55,101 bases of DNA. It comes from an uncultured Arenicellaceae bacterium. Its GTDB lineage: Bacteria; Pseudomonadota; Gammaproteobacteria; Arenicellales; Arenicellaceae. The notes beneath the pieces are model-generated. The model had not been told where the DNA came from, did not search any database, and worked only from the letters and a program-made list of their open reading frames with translations. Location: assembly GCA_938002995.1 (NCBI GenBank), contig CALKZN010000121.1:1-55101 (forward strand), given 5' to 3'. The position numbers and the translations under genes are program-made. Shown in pieces: positions 50,842 to 55,101 of the stretch (the stretch's first letter is position 1; each line of letters opens with the position of its first letter).

Positions 50842-51336
50842 ATGCGTCAATTTTCACGCCATTTCTCAAAAACAATTGTTGTTTTAATGTTATCTCTTGT
50901 TGTTACAGCCTGCGGTTTCCATTTGCGTGGTCAACTTCCGTTGCCTGAAGCTGTCAGCGTGATTTATATTGATGCTGACCGTAGTGATTTCACTCGAGAA
51001 CTTGAAGATAGTTTACGAGGAGCGGGCGCTAAGCTGGTTGATGATCCGGCCCAAGCAAAAGCTATTTTGCAGATTGCGGATGAATATGCTGAGCGAGAAG
51101 CCTTAACATTGAATACCGATGGTAGAGCAACTTCATATAAACTTTTTTATACTGTTGAATATTTACTGGCCAATGGGAAACAAGAATTATTGAAAGAAGG
51201 CAGGGTTGAAGAGCAACGCCAATATAGTTTTGATTCTGGTCAAGCCGGTCGTCAAGAAAGGGAAGAAGAAGAGTTGCTTGAAGAAATGTATAAAGAACTA
51301 GCGCTTAAGCTTGTTAGACAAATTGGGTCTCTTTAA
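50842..51336 (+). CDS. lptE: LPS-assembly lipoprotein LptE
   Basis: About 164 aa from MRQFSRH, with the lipobox VTAC followed by GFHLRG, the typical LptE start. It sits in the leuS-lptE-holA order. Confidence 0.85.
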   Translation: MRQFSRHFSKTIVVLMLSLVVTACGFHLRGQLPLPEAVSVIYIDADRSDFTRELEDSLRGAGAKLVDDPAQAKAILQIADEYAEREALTLNTDGRATSYKLFYTVEYLLANGKQELLKEGRVEEQRQYSFDSGQAGRQEREEEELLEEMYKELALKLVRQIGSL

Positions 51337-51427
51337 GCTGGTTTTTGAATCTGATTTTTTTGAATTAATGTAGGGTGGCAGTGGGCAATAGCTGTGAAAA
51401 AAATAGTAATAGATACTGTCCGTTGAT

Positions 51428-52471
51428 ATGCGCATAGTTGCCGAACAACTTGCGCAGCAACTGAGTAAGCAAACGCCAAAAGTTCTGTTGCTCAATGGAA
51501 ATGAAATTTTATTAGTCGAAGAAACCTTAGATCAAATAAGGGCTCATTATCGTCAACAAAACTTTATCGAACGGCTCAGTTATTCAGTTGATGCTAGCTT
51601 TGATTGGAATCAATTAGCCGAATCTGGCCAAAATATGTCTTTATTCAGTGAGTCTCGACTATTAGAGATTCGCATGCCAAGTGGCAAACCTGGCACTAAA
51701 GGTGCTAAATTTTTTAAGGAACTGACCGAGAATATCGCTTTTGGTGATGAAGCTGATGCCTATATTGTCATCACTGAGGGTTTGAGCAAACAACAACGTT
51801 CGGCCAAATGGGTTGGTATGATTGAGTCCGCTGGCTTGTTGGTTGATACCTACGAAGTTAAAGCTGAACAACTTCCAGGTTGGTTGAAGCATCGCTTTCA
51901 ACATCGAGCGCTTCGCGTTGAAGCAGGCGTGATCGAAATTTTGGCTGCCGCAACAGAAGGAAATTTACTCGCAGCTGCTCAAATTATTGATCAACTATCT
52001 GTTCTATCTGAAGATGGCGGAGTCCCTCTAAGTCTTTTGAAACAAACCCTTGAAGATCAATCACGATTTACTGTGTATAGCTTCGTTGATAGTTGCTTAC
52101 TTGGTATTGTTTCAGAAAGTATTCATCGCTTAGAACGCATTCGGATGGAAGCCGATAATGCCATTTTATTGCTGTGGTCTTTAGCGAAGGAAACGCGTGA
52201 GTTATTACGCATGTCACAAGATGTTGCTGCCGGGAGTCCAATACCCTCAGTCATGAAGCAATATCGCGTCTGGTCAACACGACAACGATTTGTGAGTGCG
52301 GCATTGAACCGCTTAAACAATCAAGCATTGCGAGATATTTTAAGCCGAATTGCTTTATTAGATGCTATGGCGAAAGGACAACGCCAAGGAGATATTTGGC
52401 ATGAACTAGAAAAGCTTTGTTTAAGCTATTGTGGTATTGCAACATTGCCTGCTGTGGCGAATAATTCATAA
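51428..52471 (+). CDS. holA: DNA polymerase III delta subunit
   Basis: 347 aa. Position after lptE, length, and the N-terminal [13 protein letters not shown] and [13 protein letters not shown] blocks fit HolA. Confidence 0.8.
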   Translation: MRIVAEQLAQQLSKQTPKVLLLNGNEILLVEETLDQIRAHYRQQNFIERLSYSVDASFDWNQLAESGQNMSLFSESRLLEIRMPSGKPGTKGAKFFKELTENIAFGDEADAYIVITEGLSKQQRSAKWVGMIESAGLLVDTYEVKAEQLPGWLKHRFQHRALRVEAGVIEILAAATEGNLLAAAQIIDQLSVLSEDGGVPLSLLKQTLEDQSRFTVYSFVDSCLLGIVSESIHRLERIRMEADNAILLLWSLAKETRELLRMSQDVAAGSPIPSVMKQYRVWSTRQRFVSAALNRLNNQALRDILSRIALLDAMAKGQRQGDIWHELEKLCLSYCGIATLPAVANNS

Positions 52472-52472
52472 T

Positions 52473-53741
52473 ATGAACGAAATCATGACAGTAAAGCAAA
52501 TGCAAGCAACACTAGGTCAGCAGGCAGTTATTGCTGCAAAAGGATTGGCAAAAGCAAATACGCAAACAAAGAATGCGGCATTAAGCGCAATTGCAGAAAG
52601 TATCGAAAATTCTTCTGAGGAATTAAGGCTGGCTAATCAAAAGGATTTACAAGCTGGAAAAGAAAGAGGCCTTGAACCGGCCTTGCTTGATCGACTTGAG
52701 CTTAATGATAATGTGATTGCTGGTATGGTTGAAGGCGTTCGCCAAATTATTGCCTTACCAGATCCAGTGGGTTCAGTTGATGGTTTGAAATATTTACCTT
52801 CAGGAATTCAGCTGGGTAAAATGCGTGTTCCTTTAGGAGTGATTGGCATTATTTATGAATCTCGTCCAAATGTGACTATCGATGCTGCTGTACTGTGTCT
52901 GAAGTCGGGTAATGCGACGATTCTGCGCGGAGGTTCTGAAGCAATTCATTCAAACCTTGCTTTAGCAAAATGTATCCAAGCAGGCTTACAAAAAGTGGGT
53001 TTGTCAGAGCAATGTGTTCAAGTTGTAGAAACGACTGATCGAGCTGCTGTTGGCGCTTTAATTACGGATGACCAACATGTGGATGTCATTATTCCTCGTG
53101 GCGGCAAAAGTTTGATTGAGCGTATCAGTGCAGAAGCAACTGTGCCAGTTATCAAACATCTTGATGGAAACTGTCATGTTTATATTGATAAAGCGGCGGA
53201 TGCTCAGAAAGCGCACGCTATTGCAATGAATGCAAAAACGCGCCGCTATGGTGTCTGTAATGCGATGGAAACATTGCTCGTGCACGCAGATATGGTTGAT
53301 GCTGTTATGCCAGGTTTGATCAAAGCATATCAAGAAAAGGGCGTGGAATTACGCGGTTGTTCCCGCATGCAGGCGCATGATGCTAGTATTAAGACGGCAC
53401 AAGAAGAAGATTGGGAGACCGAATATTTGGCACCAATATTGGCGATAAAGGTGGTTGATAGTTGTGATGAGGCGGTTGAGCACATTGCGCAATATAGCTC
53501 GGATCACACTGAAGCTATCGTCACTCAGGATGTCACTACTGCAGATAAATTTGTCCGTGAAGTGGATTCTAGTTCTGTTATCGTGAATGCGTCTACTGGT
53601 TTTGCCGATGGCTTTGAATATGGTCTTGGTGCCGAAATTGGTATCAGTACTGATCGACTGCATGTTCGTGGTCCGGTTGGATTAGAAGGCTTAACGACGC
53701 AAAAATGGGTTGTTTATGGTGATGGCCATATTCGGCCTTAA
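52473..53741 (+). CDS. proA: Gamma-glutamyl phosphate reductase
   Basis: 422 aa from [10 protein letters not shown] (ATG 1 nt after the holA stop), with the ALDH-fold blocks [27 protein letters not shown] and the end [11 protein letters not shown]. Confidence 0.9.
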   Translation: MNEIMTVKQMQATLGQQAVIAAKGLAKANTQTKNAALSAIAESIENSSEELRLANQKDLQAGKERGLEPALLDRLELNDNVIAGMVEGVRQIIALPDPVGSVDGLKYLPSGIQLGKMRVPLGVIGIIYESRPNVTIDAAVLCLKSGNATILRGGSEAIHSNLALAKCIQAGLQKVGLSEQCVQVVETTDRAAVGALITDDQHVDVIIPRGGKSLIERISAEATVPVIKHLDGNCHVYIDKAADAQKAHAIAMNAKTRRYGVCNAMETLLVHADMVDAVMPGLIKAYQEKGVELRGCSRMQAHDASIKTAQEEDWETEYLAPILAIKVVDSCDEAVEHIAQYSSDHTEAIVTQDVTTADKFVREVDSSSVIVNASTGFADGFEYGLGAEIGISTDRLHVRGPVGLEGLTTQKWVVYGDGHIRP

Positions 53742-53852
53742 TATTGAAAAAATGTTGGAAACGTATGATAAAACAAAACAAGAGGTCGTGTTCTGACTTC
53801 TGAGACTATCAATAAACCATCTTCAAGACAGGGTCTGCGCCAGACGATTGCT

Positions 53853-54908
53853 TTGTTTGGTGGAACGTTTGACCCCATTCACCTTGGCCATATACAAACT
53901 GTGGCTGCTTTGCAAAAAGACCTTAAGATTGATCAAATTCGTTGGGTGCTCAGTGCTCAACCACCGCATCGAGAACAACCACAAGCATCTATTGAGCAGC
54001 GCTTAAGTATGTTGGAAATCGCATTGGTCGATTTTCCCAATATGGTCAGTGATGATATTGAGGTTCGCAGGGATAAGGCCTCCTATACTATCGACACATT
54101 GATACATTTCAGGCAAAGCTATCCTGAAGCCAGTATTAATCTCATTGTTGGTAGTGACATTATGGCGTCTTTTAATAGCTGGCATAGGTATGAAGAAATA
54201 CTAAATGTCGCAAATATCATTGTTATGCATCGCGCGGGTTACCCCAATGACATTAATCCTGTTTTACAAGATGCAATTACTGAGGACTGGTCAGAGGTGA
54301 TAAAAACTGCATTTGGCAACGTTTTCGTGTATGCTGCGCCGCCAGTGCCAATCTCGGCTACTCAAATACGAAAAGCCATCGCGAAAGCAAGCGATGTGCA
54401 AGATTCTTTGAATCCAGACGTTTATGAGTTTATCCAGCAGAATCATTTATATGTTTCTGCTAAATCCCCTGAAAAGCAAACTGAAACCCATGAGAATATT
54501 ATGATTGAAAGCCCCGTACAGGCTGATTTTTCAGCTGCACCTATCCAGTTCGACAGTGAGCAACAAGTCCAAATGATTGTTGAGTCATTAGAGGACAATA
54601 AAGCACTTGATATTAAAGTGTTGAATATTTCTGAAGTTGCCAGCTTCGCTGACTATATGGTTGTTGCAACAGGCACATCAAGTACACACTTACGTGCTAT
54701 TTCTGGCAATACTGTTCGTGAATTAAGCCGTAAAGGCTTAAAGTCGATCGGTGAAGAAGGTCTTGACTCTAATGAGTGGGTCTTAGCTGACTTTGGAGAT
54801 GTTGTTGTCCATGTCATGCGCCAAGAAGTACGAGAATTATATGACTTAGAAAAACTTTGGGACCCTGAAGTTCGTAAAGCTCTGGCTGAAGAAAGCAAAA
54901 AATCTTAA
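53853..54908 (+). CDS. nadD: Nicotinate-nucleotide adenylyltransferase (NadD) and ribosomal silencing factor (RsfS) encoded in one uninterrupted reading frame
   Basis: The NadD part is GGTFDPIHLGH...ISATQIRKAI...FIQQNHLY (to about 54452). A 37-aa linker follows, then the RsfS part QMIVESLEDNKALDIKVLNISE...ADYMVVATGTSSTHLRAI...WVLADFGDVVVHVM...LYDLEKLW. No stop codon separates them. The only canonical in-frame start is TTG at 53853. Internal in-frame ATGs at 54501 and 54573 could start an independent RsfS, but neither has a clear SD. Confidence 0.7.
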   Translation: MFGGTFDPIHLGHIQTVAALQKDLKIDQIRWVLSAQPPHREQPQASIEQRLSMLEIALVDFPNMVSDDIEVRRDKASYTIDTLIHFRQSYPEASINLIVGSDIMASFNSWHRYEEILNVANIIVMHRAGYPNDINPVLQDAITEDWSEVIKTAFGNVFVYAAPPVPISATQIRKAIAKASDVQDSLNPDVYEFIQQNHLYVSAKSPEKQTETHENIMIESPVQADFSAAPIQFDSEQQVQMIVESLEDNKALDIKVLNISEVASFADYMVVATGTSSTHLRAISGNTVRELSRKGLKSIGEEGLDSNEWVLADFGDVVVHVMRQEVRELYDLEKLWDPEVRKALAEESKKS

Positions 54909-54983
54909 CTTAAAAAGAACCAAACAGCCATAAAGGCATTGGAACTTAATTACGAAGTTTAGAGTTAACGACAATAAAGGTTT

Positions 54984-55101
54984 ATGAAAGTTTCGTTGAT
55001 AGCTGTCGGTACAAAGATGCCGAAATGGGTGACAACTGCTTTTGAAGAATATCAAAAACGGTTACCCAAGCAATGCAGTCTAGAGCTTATTGAGATTGCG
55101 G
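54984..55101 (+). CDS. rlmH: 23S rRNA (pseudouridine1915-N3)-methyltransferase, N-terminal fragment (runs off the right edge)
   Basis: Manual translation gives [39 protein letters not shown], a typical RlmH start in the conserved position after rsfS. Confidence 0.85.
   Translation, partial: MKVSLIAVGTKMPKWVTTAFEEYQKRLPKQCSLELIEIA

Overview
This is a 55.1-kb chromosomal segment from a moderately AT-rich Gram-negative bacterium. Gene content and order look gammaproteobacterial, but I cannot name the species from the sequence alone. About 90% of the window is ordinary housekeeping DNA: glyQ-glyS, a PduO-type adenosyltransferase, ETF-QO, glnA-ntrB-ntrC with readable NtrC boxes and a sigma54 promoter, ygiM-like, hemH, nadA, sohB, prc, prlC, lptM-lysA, argH, hemC-hemD-hemX-hemY, mutM, monomeric icd, gor, rpoH, ftsY-ftsE-ftsX, rsmD-coaD-yfhL, mrcB with flanking lipoproteins, ilvE, leuS-lptE-holA, proA, nadD/rsfS and rlmH. 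I saw no rRNA, tRNA, CRISPR array, transposase, integrase or phage structural genes. The only accessory-looking stretch is about 30.95-35.95 kb, between icd and gor. It holds a very AT-rich set of uncharacterised genes: a DUF4177 gene overlapping a 2-TM mini-protein gene, a 2-TM protein with an unknown C-terminal domain, and a leaderless beta-helix protein. It also holds a DUF938 methyltransferase tightly followed by a long-form RES-domain (NAD+-targeting toxin fold) gene with no recognisable antitoxin, a Tat-exported intradiol dioxygenase, and a small basic ORF interrupted by a strong bidirectional terminator hairpin. My best candidate for an undescribed system is the orphan RES module and its neighbours, but this is inference from motifs and gene context, not from any search. 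Other points worth a second look are a candidate ~180-nt sRNA in the 835-nt ETF-QO/glnA spacer, an uninterrupted nadD-rsfS reading frame with no canonical start codon, and a perfect 21-bp tandem repeat in the argH/hemC control region.
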